A DNA stretch of 64,000 nt from Nemertoderma westbladi (taxonomy: Eukaryota; Animalia; Xenacoelomorpha): NCBI GenBank assembly GCA_032718475.1, contig JAUCBJ010005949.1:49638-113637 (forward strand), given 5' to 3'. Made by a program: the position numbers and the translations under genes. The notes beneath the pieces are model-generated. The model made no database searches, had not been told where the DNA came from, and was given only the letters and a program-made list of their open reading frames with translations. This document shows positions 48,203-62,500 of the stretch, in pieces. How positions within the stretch are numbered: position 1 is the stretch's first letter; every line of letters begins with the position of its first letter.

Positions 48203-50491
48203 GCTTCTGTATTGCAGTAGGCAATAAAGCTGAAGTACTGGTTAACCGGTACCTAGTAGGCCTGACTACCTAACCACCCGGACCGGTACCTACAGCAGTA
48301 CAGGTACAGCAGTATTATTCGATTGTGAAATTGTATACCGGTAGGCTGTTTAAGAGATTAGGGACTGTACACCCCTTGTTTCTTTTGGAGCTTACTTATT
48401 TCTGTCAGTTTTATTTATTTGTAGGCCAGTATTGAGCAGAAGGCGTGTAAGCCTGCTCAGATTGTACAGACAATTTGTAGGCTGGACTGTTGTCTGACTG
48501 TTGTTAAGTCTGAAGAGACTGTAGTGTGTGTAGAGCATATGTCCGAAAAAGTACTAGTTAGGAAAGTAGGGGCTGCCAGTGCTGTGAGGTGAACCCCCTC
48601 GAAAGAATAAGTCGTACTACTCGGTTAGAACGCATACTAACTAACCATTTCGGAGTCTGCATATACTGTAGTGTATTTAGGCTTGATAGTAGTCTGCCAG
48701 CGTTTGGTCTGTACTTTGTTTGTGTAGTTTGTACGGGTAGCGTAATATTTCTTACTTAGATAATTTGTAGGCTGGATTTTGTCTGGCTGTTGTTAGGTCT
48801 TGAGAGATTTCGGTGTGTGTAGAGTGTATGTCCGATAAAGTGCCAGTTGGGAACGTAGGGGCTTCCAGAGCTGTGAGGTAAACCCCCTCGAAAGAATAAG
48901 TCGTACTACTGGGTTAGAACGCATACTAACTAACCATTTCGGAGTCTGCATATACCGTAGTTTGTTTGGGCTTGATAGTAGTCTGTCAGTATTTGGTCTG
49001 CATTTTGTTTGAGTAGTCTACGCGTAGCGTAATATTTATTATTCAGAGTTTATGCGATTATTCGCAACATTCATTCCCCAAGTTTATTCCTACAGTAATT
49101 GTGCTTGTTATATATACCGTTATAGTTAAACTAACCCCGGTACTACATCAGGGCTGCTTGGCATAGGTAAAGACTGGTGATTTTGTGCCCCGGTCACTCC
49201 AGCAGATACCGTGGTTCTTTTAGCTGTTCAAGTATTTTTAACTACTGATTATTTGTTGTATAAGTACTCGTACCTAATTTAGGGTTTAGTGTACAGTGCT
49301 TTCCGAAGGTGATTAGTGTGTAGGCAGTATATTTGTGTTGTAAAGTGGTTAATAGGCACGTTGGTTCTGGTAGACCGCGGTAATTAACTTCTAGGTAGGA
49401 ACACTCCGTGATACATAACGTAGTACTTATAGCGCCACGGCTATAAGTCGTCAGACGGTGGTATTTTTCTATCTGGACAATGCAGTATATTTACTACTAC
49501 TTATTATTTTCAAATACCGTAGTAACCTGTCCGTTGTAATAACCAGATATTCTAACCCTTTGTTAGGCTGGTTAGTAGACTTCTTGTAAAATTACCCTAA
49601 AAATTCGTACTTGTAAATTTTTGTGTTTATTTAGAGATTGTAATCTCAACCCGAATTGTACGTAATTTGTAGTATTAAGTAACTTAGGTAAATTAGAATT
49701 ATTTGTTCTAGTGTCCAACAAGTAGCACTCCACTGAGAGCGCACAGCTTCTGTGTAGTGACTCCCCCCAGAAATAATAACATTTATTTCAAATATTGAAA
49801 AAACCCACTTTAACGGGTATATATATTATAAATCAACTCAAACGATTTATAAATAGTAGGCCTGCCATACATCAATTAGGTCAAAATATCAGTTGGACTA
49901 CTGCTTAAATAACGGTAATAAAGTAAGTAAAGTAACCAAGTAACCCCTAAAAAATTCAGAAATTCAATTATTTAAAATAATTGACATACCGGTATTTACC
50001 ATAGGTTTATTATATTTATTTCTATAAACTTTAGGCTGAAATTATACCGGTATTCTGTAATTAATTCTAGTCTGTAATTATACTTATATATATACATTAT
50101 AAGTGTAAGCTGTATACCGGTATTCATGATAGGCCTATTATATATTTAAAAATTTAGGCTGAAATTATACCGGTATTCTGTAATTAATTCTAGTTAATAA
50201 TTATACTTATATATACTATAGGTATAAGCTGCATACCGGTATTCACGATAGGCCTATTATATATTTATATATTTGTGCTGGAATTATATACCGGTATTCT
50301 GTGACAAACCTAGTCTGTAATAATACTTATATATATACTATAAGCATACCGGTATTCTAATATATTATATATATATCACGCTACACTGAGTAGCAGTATC
50401 GGTAATTAATTACTAGGCTAACAGTGATACTGAATTACTAGACTTGCTTAAACTGTAATATAGCAGTAGGCATTCAACTGTACAAACCAAC

Positions 50492-53400
50492 ATGTCTGAC
50501 ACAAAGCAAAACCTGTCAGACAGTCTCCTAGATACTCCAGGTGAGTCTCCAGGTGCAAGGAACGGCTCAGTGGAAAGCCCAGCTGGATCAGCGCTCAACC
50601 CATGGAGAATCAACAGATGCTACTTTTTCCCAAGTGGAAAGTGAAGTGACGGCAGAGAAACCGCATAAGAGGGATGCCATTGACATCTATCTGTCAGACT
50701 ATCAACGTTTTTTAGGTGATGAAGAGTTGAGGAGAAGGCTAGATGGACTTAGCCCTAATAGTGAAGGAACCCAGCATGTGTTGGACGCCATCGATGTGGA
50801 TATGAGAGCTGCGAACCAAGCTAGATTTGATGAACGCCTCCGCATCACTAGAGTCCAAGAAGAACAAGTGAAGAAAAAACGTATAGAAGACAGAAAGACA
50901 GCGGCAGTGGCAGCGGCAGAAGCACAAAGAAAAGCGGCAGTGGCAGCGGCAGAGGCAGAGGCAGAAGCGGAAAGAAAAGCGGCAGAGGCAGAGGCAGAAG
51001 CCGAAAGAAAAGTGGCAGCGGCAGCGGCCGAAGCGGAAAGAAAGGCGGCTGTGACAGCGGCAGAGGCAGTAGCAGAAGCAGAACGGAGAGCTTCCGAAGA
51101 AACCACCCAATTAGAATTGGAAAACATTCAGGAGAATCAAGACTGCATAAATAAACAGTTAACAGCTAGTAATATGCAGATGATGAGTCGATCTACTCCC
51201 AAAAGACAGGGATATACATCATCTGAGGAAGGCGATACCACCGATACTGAAGGCGGAGGAAATAGATCTCGTCTAAGCAGACGTAGAAGAACATCCCACC
51301 GTCAGAAATTGCCTGATTTGCCCCCAGCTGTTAGAAGGCAACTAAATAACACAAACTTAGGTAGTACAGAACCCACAGACCAAATAATTAAAATAGAAAG
51401 ACTCCCTACTATAATAGATGAGCCTGAAATAATTAGGCCTGTTCCCAAAGCCACCCTTTCGGTGATAGAGACACCTGTACTCCCTGAACCTACCTCTAAA
51501 TTCCCTCTGCACAGCACTAAGCTATCTGTGCCCCACAGAACCACCCTTGAAAATATTCATGTCCTGGACTCAGAGCGAAATATTCATGATTTGTCGCCCG
51601 TTGTCCCTCGTCCGCCCGCTACAACGTTGGCGCCTCCCGCTTCGGCGGTCGAGTGGGTAGATGAGGGACGACGGGAGATGGGTCTCCTGCTCGGACAGCT
51701 GAGGGAACAACATTCTCGCTCCTCTCAGCAGGCCCAGGAGATGGAGGGATCTGTGCAGCAGTTAAAGGGAACGATTAGAGAGAGTAGGTTAGAGTTGCAA
51801 GAAGTGCAGCAAAGTATCGCGTTAGAACGCGATAAATTAGTAAATACACAAAAGGGTATACCACCAACCCCGGTAACAATGTGTCAACCTGTTAGGTCTG
51901 AAGTATTTCATGCGCAAGGTGTGGAGCCTACACGCATATATACTGCTAGCAAAGTAGAAACTCCTATAGTGAACCCTATTAAGGGTAATTATAGACCTGT
52001 TGATAGTGATATTCCCTATAGACCTGATCATAATCCGAGAAATTTATATACCGATAACTCGATATTAAATAACACGATGGCCCAAGAAAGTTTTACGCGT
52101 CAAATGGCTAGAACCGAAGCCCGTCAAGCGGTAAAGGTGGGAGAGATAGTCAAGTTCAATGGAGATGAGATGAAATGGTTACCTTTTAATGAATATTATA
52201 AAGATAACATACAGAACTCTGTACTATCTAATGGGGAGAAACTTAGATTCCTCATCGAGTGCTTGGAAGGATCTCCCAAGTTAATGGCATTAAAGTTTAT
52301 TGGACATCCAGACGGATTAAGACAAGTTTGGGATACACTAAACATCAGGTATGGTAATAGGAATAACATAGCTAAATATTTGTATGCAAAATTAGTAGCG
52401 CCCCGAAAGTTCATTAGCAGCGGGATAATAGAGTTTTCCGATGAGATTCAAGAGATCTGTAGACAATTAGATTGGTTAGGTAAGTCTCATGAATATCAGA
52501 GTTCTATGGTTATTGGAGCCGTGGCTTCTACTTTACCGAAGGGTGGAGTAGGTACACGCTGGGATAAGAAAGTGTTATATATGATGGAACAACAACGACG
52601 AGACCCTACCATGGCTGATCTCATGTCATTCTTAGATGGAGAAGTGAAATTACAGCTCCTAAAACAGTCCAGAGAGAAGACACCGGAAAACAAGGTAAGT
52701 GAGAAACCCGTTTCTAGGAGAAAGGTAACACCTGTGTGTTATACAGACGACGGCGAAAGCCAGACTTCTCAAGGCGAGGATAGCGGGAAAGACACTGAAA
52801 GATCTTATTATGTCAATAAAATGCCTAAAGAACAGGTAAGTAAATTCAAGTCTCGAAACAATGACAGGAGAGAACAGGTAAGAAAAACTCCTCCTACGTC
52901 TCCTAAGAGAATTCAGGTGAGAAAGCCCGAAGAAAGAACGAATGTGCACAATGTTATTCAAAATAAGGTAAGTAACATCAAACCGAAATGTGCGCTATGT
53001 GACGGGACCCACCGTTTGAATATGTGTGATGAATTCCTGAAGAAATCATTAACGGAGAGACGGGAAGTCATGTGGGATAAGCGGTTGTGTTATAATTGCC
53101 TCAGACAAGGACACCAACGGCGAACCTGTTACTCCGACACAAGGTGTGCAAAGTGCGGTGCGAAACATCATATCTTGTTGCACACTGAATTTGAGCGAAA
53201 CAGCCAGAGTCAGGTAAGTGATTCCGAACTACATGTCCAATTCAGTGATGTGAACGACACTGACCAAAGTTCTGAGATGGAAGGATTCTATACAGATGAA
53301 TTCTCCGACGAAGGTGAATCCTGTTACATGATAAATACCGCAGTGTATCGAGCACTTACGTATGAAAAGGACACAGACAGCGACCTCACCCTAACTACTT

Positions 53401-56400
53401 CTGATCGACAACCATCTTGGAAAGCGCCACCTTCCAATGTAGGAATCCGAGAATTTCCTGTAGTACAGGTAAGGGTCCACGGACCTAAAAGGAGTTATGT
53501 AGTGAACGCCCTCCTTGACTCCGGTAGTACAGGAACATTCATCGACAAAGAACTAGCCGAAGACATCTTTGCTGGACAACCCAAGTTCCGAACTAAGCTA
53601 AACATGTCAGGAATTATGCAGGTTTGGAAATCTACAGTAATCGCGGATTATTATGTAGGTGCGTTGTCCACCCCCCAGGATGAACTAGGAGAACATAGTA
53701 TAAGGTCAGTAAAAATGGTGGCGATAAAGAACTTCGCTACCACCCAAGTGGAACCTTATAACTGGGATGAGGACGATTTCAGCCAGCAGCTGGAAATACC
53801 TAGATTCAACACCGATTACCCTGGAGTGCAAATACTCATCGGTCAAAACGCGCATGAAGCGCTCGAGACATTGGAGAAACGGCCTGCTCAACCGCAACCA
53901 CTACAAGCTTATGCGGGAAGAACTAGAGTGGGTTGGTACTTTACGGGCCCTTCCCATAGAACTCTCCTGGAAAGATTACCGAAAGACCAGGTATGTCAAG
54001 TGAGAGAATGGGAAGTCGAGGGCAGTGAGTTAGATGATCTAACTGAGGGAACACCATACTCCTCAGATAATGACGATGTCCACCAACTTTTCGATGAGGA
54101 GAATACCATCGATCTCCTTAAGGAAAACGAGACTTGGCAAAACCAAGTGAACTTATGTCAGCTCCTTCTTCCATCAGAACGAGACGGCTATAACGACGAA
54201 CTTAATGACGTCATTGAACGTTATAATGCCAAGACTCGGGATGAACACGCCGTACGATTCTTTACTCAAGAGGCTGTAGAGCCCAATTCCTACGATAAGG
54301 CCCTATCGGAAGAGGAAGAAAGAGCCAAGCAGATCCAGGAGACAACTACACGTTTTCTTAAAGATCAAGGTAGATATGAGATCGGTCTACCTTTCCGAAA
54401 GCGAGAACCAAAGTTCATAAACAACAGACCCTTGGCGGAGAAAAGAATTGCTCAACTACATCGACGCCTTACGGCAAATTCTTCAGCTAAAGAAATGTAT
54501 CAAACGCAGTTGGAGAAATTTATTAGCAAGGGATATGCGGAGCTAGTACCGGAAGAAACACCTATAACTGAGAGAACGTATTATTTAACTCACCATTACG
54601 TTCCCAAACCCGGTAAACCCCATGAGGTACGAGTGGTGTTTGACGGCTCCGCCCTCTATATGGGCCAATCCCTTAATTCTGAATTGTTACCCGGACCCAA
54701 CTTACTCCAATCCTTGTTGGGAATACTCTTAAGATTAAGACAATATTCAATTGCTTTCGCCTCAGATATAGAAGGCATGTTCTTACAAGTCAAGGCGCTG
54801 GATAGGGATCGAGACAGCCTACGATTTCTGTGGTGGCCTGAAGGAGACCTCAACCAGAAACCAGTGGAGTACTGGATGACCATCCAGGCTTTTGGGATAA
54901 TCTCAAGCCCTTCAAACGCCTGTTCCGTGGTGCGCACCACTGCGGATGACAACCGAGACGCCTTCTCTAAAGAGGTGATTGACAACATCAAGCGGGATAT
55001 ATACATGGACGACAATCTAAAGTCCCTTCCATCAGTCGAAGAAGCCATCGATGTCGCTAAAGGAATGGTGGAGTGCTTAAAAAGAGGTGGATTTCGATTA
55101 ACTAAATTCACCAGCAACTCCCGTGAGTTTCTGGAGTCGATCCCGGTAGAAGATCGAGGAGCAAAAGACCTGGATCTAATAAAAGATGATCTCCCAGAAA
55201 CTGAGACCCTTGGTTTGAAATGGGACACCGAAAGAGATATCCTGTTTTTCCAACTAAAACAGCGAGATAATCCAGTTCGGACTAAACGGATTTGTTTAAG
55301 TATCCTGAGCACTTATTTCGATCCATTGGGATTTATTAGCCCAGTTATATTGATTGCTCGGAGTTTAGTACAACAAATGTGGCTTGAAAACCACTCATGG
55401 GACGATCCACTTAAGGGAGAATTATTAAAGAAGTGGATGAAATGGGAAGATTCTCTACCAGCCATCGAGAACTTTATAATTTCCCGTTCATATTTTGGTC
55501 ATGTTCTCCCTACGTATTCCTATCAACTCCATGTGTTTGGAGACGCCAGCGATATGGGAATAGGTATAGTAGCCTACCTAAGGGTGGAAACTCCGGACGG
55601 AATCAAAGTCGCCTTGGTTACCTCTAAGGCATTGATAAACAACAAGTTGAAAGTTCCTCGAGCGGAGTTAAAGGCGGCTCTATACGCTACAGCCATCGGT
55701 CGGAATGTAACAGAACAGATCGACTATCCACTGGAGAAAACTGTCTATTGGACCGACGCTTTACTCGTGTTGGAGTATATAACCAATGAAGTCTGTCAGT
55801 TCAGCGTCTTCGTTACCAACAGAGTAGCCATTATACTCAGTCGCACAACGATGGATCAATGGAGACATTGCCCCGGAACGATTAACCCAGCAGACATTGC
55901 TTCCAGAGGAGCAACTCCACAAGAACTGGTAGATACTCCAGACTGGTTAGGTGGACCCGACTTCCTCAACAAAGAAGAAGAAGAATGGCCTCCTCATCTT
56001 ACTACCACAGAGATTAGACAAGCCAAGGGAGCGGAGAAAGTCAAACCTAAAACTAAAAGCGAGTAAATCAAAGTTATTCAAACCTATGGTAGATCTGTCT
56101 GTACTACATACTTCCAGAGACGACGCTTTGGATCAGAAACCCACAGCCACAAATAAACTTGTTGTGGAAATCCGTGAGAAGGATTGGAAATCTGGAATAC
56201 CAGACGTCTCGCAAGGACTCTCACCTCTTCTGCAAAGAGCGATACATCACTACAGTTCCTGGAATCGGCTCTGTAAGGCCGTTACATATTTAAAGATATG
56301 TTTTCACCATCACTACTCCGGGATGAAGGCCAAAGGTGATACCGCTCCAATAACATCAGTGCAGGTCCATGTTATTAAAGATCTTCCCAAATATAAGATA

Positions 56401-57888
56401 TCCGACAGGTTTCTGAAGGAGAAGATCAGTTATCAGGAGCATGAAGAAACCAACAAGCAGATGCTGAGACTCCTGCAATGCTATGAGGATTCCGATAAGT
56501 ATTTCCTGTTGTTGAGAAATCCACAGATGCGCTTAAGGGATTGTTTCTCTAGCACAATGATAGATGGGTTGATACGTGTTGGAGGAAGATTAACGAATGC
56601 TCCATTATCCTTTGACACTAAGTTTCCCATACTCATTAGAAATCTTGAAATACAAGTCAAGATGATTGTAGACGTTCACAGCAAACTTTATCATGCTGGT
56701 AGGGAACGAGTTCTCAGCGAAATTCGAACTCGCTATTATTTTTATAAACCCCATAGAGCTCTGAACCAAGTTCTTAGGAACTGCATACCCTGTAAGAAAG
56801 CATTCAGTAGGCCTTTAACACAGCGAGAGGCAGAATTACCTAGGGAACGAGTAAGCTTCTATGAACCACCCTTTACTAATACCGGTGTGGATTTATTTGG
56901 CCCTATTGAAGTATATCGTGCTAGGACTATAGTCAAGATATGGTGTGTCATCTTTGTTTGTATGACTTGTAGAGCTATCCATCTCGACATGGTGAACGAT
57001 TTATCTACCAACAGCTTTCTATTAAGCTTACGACGACAGATCGCTCGCTTTGGCACTAGTAACACGATGAGATCTGATAAGGGAACAAACTTCATTGGTG
57101 CCAACAATGAAATCAAAGCTTATGTCAAAGATTGGAACCAAAGACAGGTGGACGATCAGCTACGAGTAACAGCGTCTAGCTGGACCTTCAACGCCGCCGA
57201 CGCCCCTTGGTGGGGAGGAAGTTGGGAGAGATTAATAAGAAGTGTGAAAACCGCATTTCACTTTATAGTGCCATGCCGCGCGTATCTCACCGACGAACTT
57301 TTGCGGACGTTAATGGAGGAAATCGCCGCCTATCTCAATGAGAGACCGCTTATGCCAGTCTCATCGAGTCCCGATTCCCTGGAAGCGCTAACACCCGCGC
57401 ATTTCCTACTGAAGAAACCTGTAGCCATGCTCCCACAATCGGAAATCACAGACGGAGACGAATACTGCCGGCAAACTTGGCAACTCATGCAGTTGTTATC
57501 CCGTCGTTTCGCTGACCATTTCGAAAAACATTATCTGCCCACGCTACAACTTCAAACTAAGTGGTTTGCGCAGCAAGAAAACGTCAGCGCTGGAGACATG
57601 GTTCTTATTGTGGATGTAGATCTTCCACGTAAGCGGTGGCAGACAGGTCGTATCATCGAGACTCACATCTCGGATGATGGTTTGGTGCGATCGGTAGAAC
57701 TCGTCGTCATGCGACGTAACTTCAAGAAACCGGGAATTGTCTTCGAGACACAGCAGCTCAATCGCCCAGTTGGTCGCTTATGTTTACTGGAAAGAGACAG
57801 AGAACTCTCCGGAAACTATGGGAGGCAAGATACTCTTCCCATGACCACCTCCCTAATCCAACAAACATCTAGGGACTCCCCAACTTAA
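50492..57888 (+). pseudogene. gag-pol: gag-pol of element C, with one frameshift near 56055 and a first ATG (50492) out of frame with the long ORF
   Basis: ORFs 50541..56066 and 55951..57888 together match the B polyprotein; one extra base in AAACTAAAAGCGAG relative to B. Confidence 0.9.
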
Positions 57889-59517
57889 CAACGGCTGGAG
57901 TGGGTGTATGACTAGATTTTATATTTGTTTTATTCTTTTATATTTATGTATATATTATTATGTAATTTTATTATAATCGTTTTCTTTAATTTTACTTAGT
58001 AGAACGTTATTTTAGCGATTATTTAGTAGATTAGTGCAATATATATTCGCGTTTATTACTTAATTACTTATACATTATATATTTAGTGCGACGGCGAGAA
58101 ATAATTCTTTTTCTCCTTCCTTACTGTCCGTATTACATTACAAATACGTAACTACAGTAAGATGAAATGTCCGTACTTATTAAAGTACAATAAAGCTCCT
58201 ACTATATTTAAGTATTATTGGTAGGCAGAGTATTAGGAATGCAAAATTCAGATCCTCGTGTCTCGGCTAAACCAAGCTCTGGGTAGACCTTGGAAACGAC
58301 TTGCCTCTTCTCACTGACATTGCTTCGTGCGATATTGCTCTCATACCGTATATTAAATAATACATATAGTAGCGTGATGTCCTTTTAACAGTAGCGTATA
58401 ACGCAAAATAAATCTGTTAAACCCTTTGACCATCTGTAATTCTAGTCGATTAAGATATCACGGCACCCACCGATATACTTGAAAGACAAATTCTAGAATC
58501 AGTGGTTAACGTCACCAGACAAGTTCTGGAATAAACTGGTGCCCATCCTAAATATTAATTATTAATATTTACAAAATCTGTCAAATTTTAGATCCTTTAA
58601 AATTCTAGTCGATTAAGATATCGTAGCACTTACCGATACTCTTAAAAAGACAAAATTCCTAGAATCAAGGATCCCAGTCCCCAGACACGTTCTGGAATAA
58701 AATTGTGTCTATTTAACATTAAGTAATAAAATTTACGGGAATAAATTTAAATTCATATATTTTAATGAATTTAATAAATTGTTATTTTTATACAATTTAT
58801 AACATTCCCAAAATTCCTTTAATTAATAGATCATGGGAGCGGAGATTCACTCTATTAAGTGTATTTGTGTGCGAGAATCTCCAATATATAGTCAATAGCC
58901 GATAAAATTCATAAAATCATATATAGAGAGGATATTGACAATTAAAGAATTACTATTAAATAGCAGATCTGTATGCATGAGAATTACCCTAATTCTACCG
59001 CTAGCTTTCCATAATGTCACCATGGCAACAACCACGCTAGAATTAGAAGTGAGTTAAAAGAACAATAGAAGGCTTGCCCCATTGAATAGCATAGGGAATA
59101 AATAGCGCACTGCTAGTATCCAAGGATACATAATAAATAAAGTGACATTCTGGAAGGTACTGACTAACGGACAAATGGCCCGAATGTGTACAGTTTATGG
59201 CAGTTGTGTTGAATTTGTGCGTTCATAGGTGGATGTTACTGCTAAAGTGTGTTTACAGTAGCTAGTCGCAATTGTGAAAGTAGCCCTAACTCTCCAGAAA
59301 GAACCTGAAGTTCATCTAAGCCTTTGGGACGGACAGTGGAGTGACTTGTGCCGGTTATCGTTGTCGTTGTGTAGCTACATCGTTGGCGAAAGCACAGCGA
59401 CGACAGTACATCGGCGCTGAGGATCTTGCACTGTCCGGGGGCAAAAGAGGGGTAGGCAGCGACGCCCGCTAGCCTAATATATAAACTCATTGTAATATTG
59501 ATAAACTCATAGCAGAT

Positions 59518-62500
59518 ATGACTGAGTTGATAGAAGATGATCTTAGTATCAGGGAGCGATATACTCTACCTTTACAAGCGTTTGTCGATAGCTTGATACG
59601 CGGCGACGCTGGTCCAACTACTACGGAGGATGATGGTCGTTATATCGAACCGCCAATGTCCCCGGAGCAACTTACGCGTGAATTGGATTATAGAAAGTTC
59701 ACCGCTCGCTATACGCATCGTAATGGTACGTATATGGACTTCTTAACTACCGGCCATCCTATCGATTTATACGATACGGACGATGTAGATACCAAAAGGG
59801 AAATGGTTTTATTTAAATATCATACCCAGCGGAGTTGGAACGATAAACCGAGAATAGAACACGAGAACTCTATTCGAAACAGACTCGAAAGGGAAGACGT
59901 TGAAGAGCCAGATAAACGTAGTGACTTCAACGATTATCTGGAATTCCTGAGAGAGACATATCTCAATATTGCCAGCCAACAAAATCTCGAAACTAGATAT
60001 CCTCAAGGTATACATCATGATCCTATGATAGAACTCAAACGACTCTATTTCACTATGATGTATCTTACCGCCGATCGACCGCTACCTGTCGTCCCAGATA
60101 GCTTCAAACAGATGGAGGAATATTGTAAAACTGGAGAACGATCACCCGTGTTTCCCCTGCAGGATGTGCGTCTTTGGTATTACTGCGATGAATGCCCTAG
60201 ACCCAATCAGCAAACGGAAAGACATAAACATCCGCGGAGACGTTGCGCTAAACAGAGTTTTACACGATATACTTATGGGAGTTTCGAGCGAAACCTATTC
60301 GACGTATCACCTATGGTCGCTCGGCTCAAACGATCCTTGAATAAACCAATGATCAGAGTTCCGGAATACTCGGTCAGACCTCCTCATTCCTCAGTTAGAC
60401 CTCAGACTCTTGATCCTAATAGTATCACGGATCCTCCCGAACTGTACTCACTGTTCAAAGATCTAGTGTTACCCGAACAGTTGATCGGTGGCACTCCGGT
60501 AGTAGGCTCACTAGATATTCGCCAACCCTACCTAGCTGGATTGGGACGCGGTCATCTAATATCGCCGTTTAACCCATACAACCGTCCCGGCTTCACCTCC
60601 ATCCAACCCGTTACGGAAGTCGAAGAGAGCGTCGTACGAAACACGTTAGACGCTATTCGGCAGAAAATCGGAAAAGGAACTTACGATTGTTTGGAGAAAC
60701 GTAAATTGCAACAACAAGTCCAAGCGGTGAAGGAATTAGCTTTACCCCAGTTGAATAGAGAAATACAAAATCTCGAGGAGGACATCGAACGTGGACGAAC
60801 CTACTCTTTACAAGAGTTCCTAGATGAGCGTCTACAACAACAAGCGGAGGAAAATCAGCTCGAGGAGAGACATATAGAACTAGATGAGAGAGAAGAAGCA
60901 GCTTTAGCTCAACACGAAGCTCAAATCCTTATGACGGATCTCTACTCTAAAACCATCCTTCATCCCTCGATGGTTCCCCATTTCGGAGACAAACTCTTTG
61001 CGACGGTACAACCCCAACCGGTTGATATTAACCTAAGATCTCGAGATCTTATCGCTGACGCTCCCATGTTGCAACGTCCGCCCATCCAAGCCGCTCGTGT
61101 CGATGGTATACTCGTTGAACCTCCGGACAATAGAGCGGATCTTGTCCGTCGCATGGTACACGATGTAAACATACGCGCTAGACCTTTACCGGACTCGTTT
61201 TATGGGATCAAAGATCACCCTTATTACGTCAATCTAACACAATATTACATGGTAAAACCGGAAGATCCTATACATAGTCTGAGGTTTCTACCACTCATAA
61301 ATCCTCTCGATCTTGTCGAACTCGAACAACTGCAGAAACATCTGGATCAGTTAGTTAAAATAAACTCATTTCGAAAACCATATAATGTTTCCAGAATAGA
61401 GAAAGAAACAATACCTCCGTATAATCTTGATGGATTCATCAAAACTCGATTAGTACACTGGAATCTTGACGTGTTATTCGAGGAGGAAAGAATACAACGA
61501 TATGGAGATGTGGAAACATATACCACACAATATTTAAAGTATAGAGACCTACCTAATGCTAGCGAATGCGCTACCTTGTCGCATCCTGTGGGAATGACCC
61601 TCGAAAACGCCACTAAAGAGTGGAACGAAACTCTTAACATTATCGAGATGTATGGAGTTGTCACTTACGACAACGAAGGTAGCGTTCCGGTTGGAGAACT
61701 GGGAACTATGCGGATGATACACATACGAGGACTCGCTGGTTCTACCCACGTATTTACTCGAGCGTGTTCCGATGTGATTGATTATTCTTTTGAGACTCTT
61801 ACTGAGACACAAAAGAAACTCCGACATGGACAATTCGAACTCGCGCAGCGTTATGTCGCCGACACCGAGCGCAAACCGGCCATGGGTATCGATGGATCGA
61901 TGTTACCCCAGCCCGTGCTCGAGATGTTGTTTAACGAAAGAATCCTTAAAATCGGCTCAGCTGTTTATGGAGACCTACAAAACGACTTTCGGAATATGGA
62001 GAACATTCCATACCCCTTCGTTGATACTCAGCTGATTGCTCCCTGGGCAGAAGGCCGAGGTTTCTTCCGCACTATGTATGCAAATACACCCAGCGGCATT
62101 ACTAAAGTACAACGAACCTCCATCGGACATCTTGCCTTTCAAGAATACGGATGGAATTTCAAGGTTGGAAATCCTATAAATTACCAACAAGTATATGGAG
62201 ATCATTATTCTCGTTTATACTTTGATGGACCATTGACCGCACCTGGCGCCGTGTATAGCTTTATGAGTGTTCCACTTCGTCCCTCCTTAGCTATCGATCT
62301 TTGAAAACGCAGCACTTGCCGGTTGGCTCGCCGATGTGTGCAGTCGTACCATACGCGCCCATCCCTTAATACTTGGAACCAAACTCGCCAAGTTAGATGA
62401 ACACAATAAATTCATCCGCTTCGAATGTTTCAGGCGCTTTCTGACTCCGTTCCGTAACGTTGATAGTCAGTTCAAGGACCGCGCTCTGACCAAACTCAGC

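Noticed and set aside
59385-59430. Hammerhead ribozyme (CGAAA and CTGAGGA)
   Set aside because: Stems II and III cannot be formed around the core words. CTGATGA in the D LTR is also not conserved in the other LTRs.
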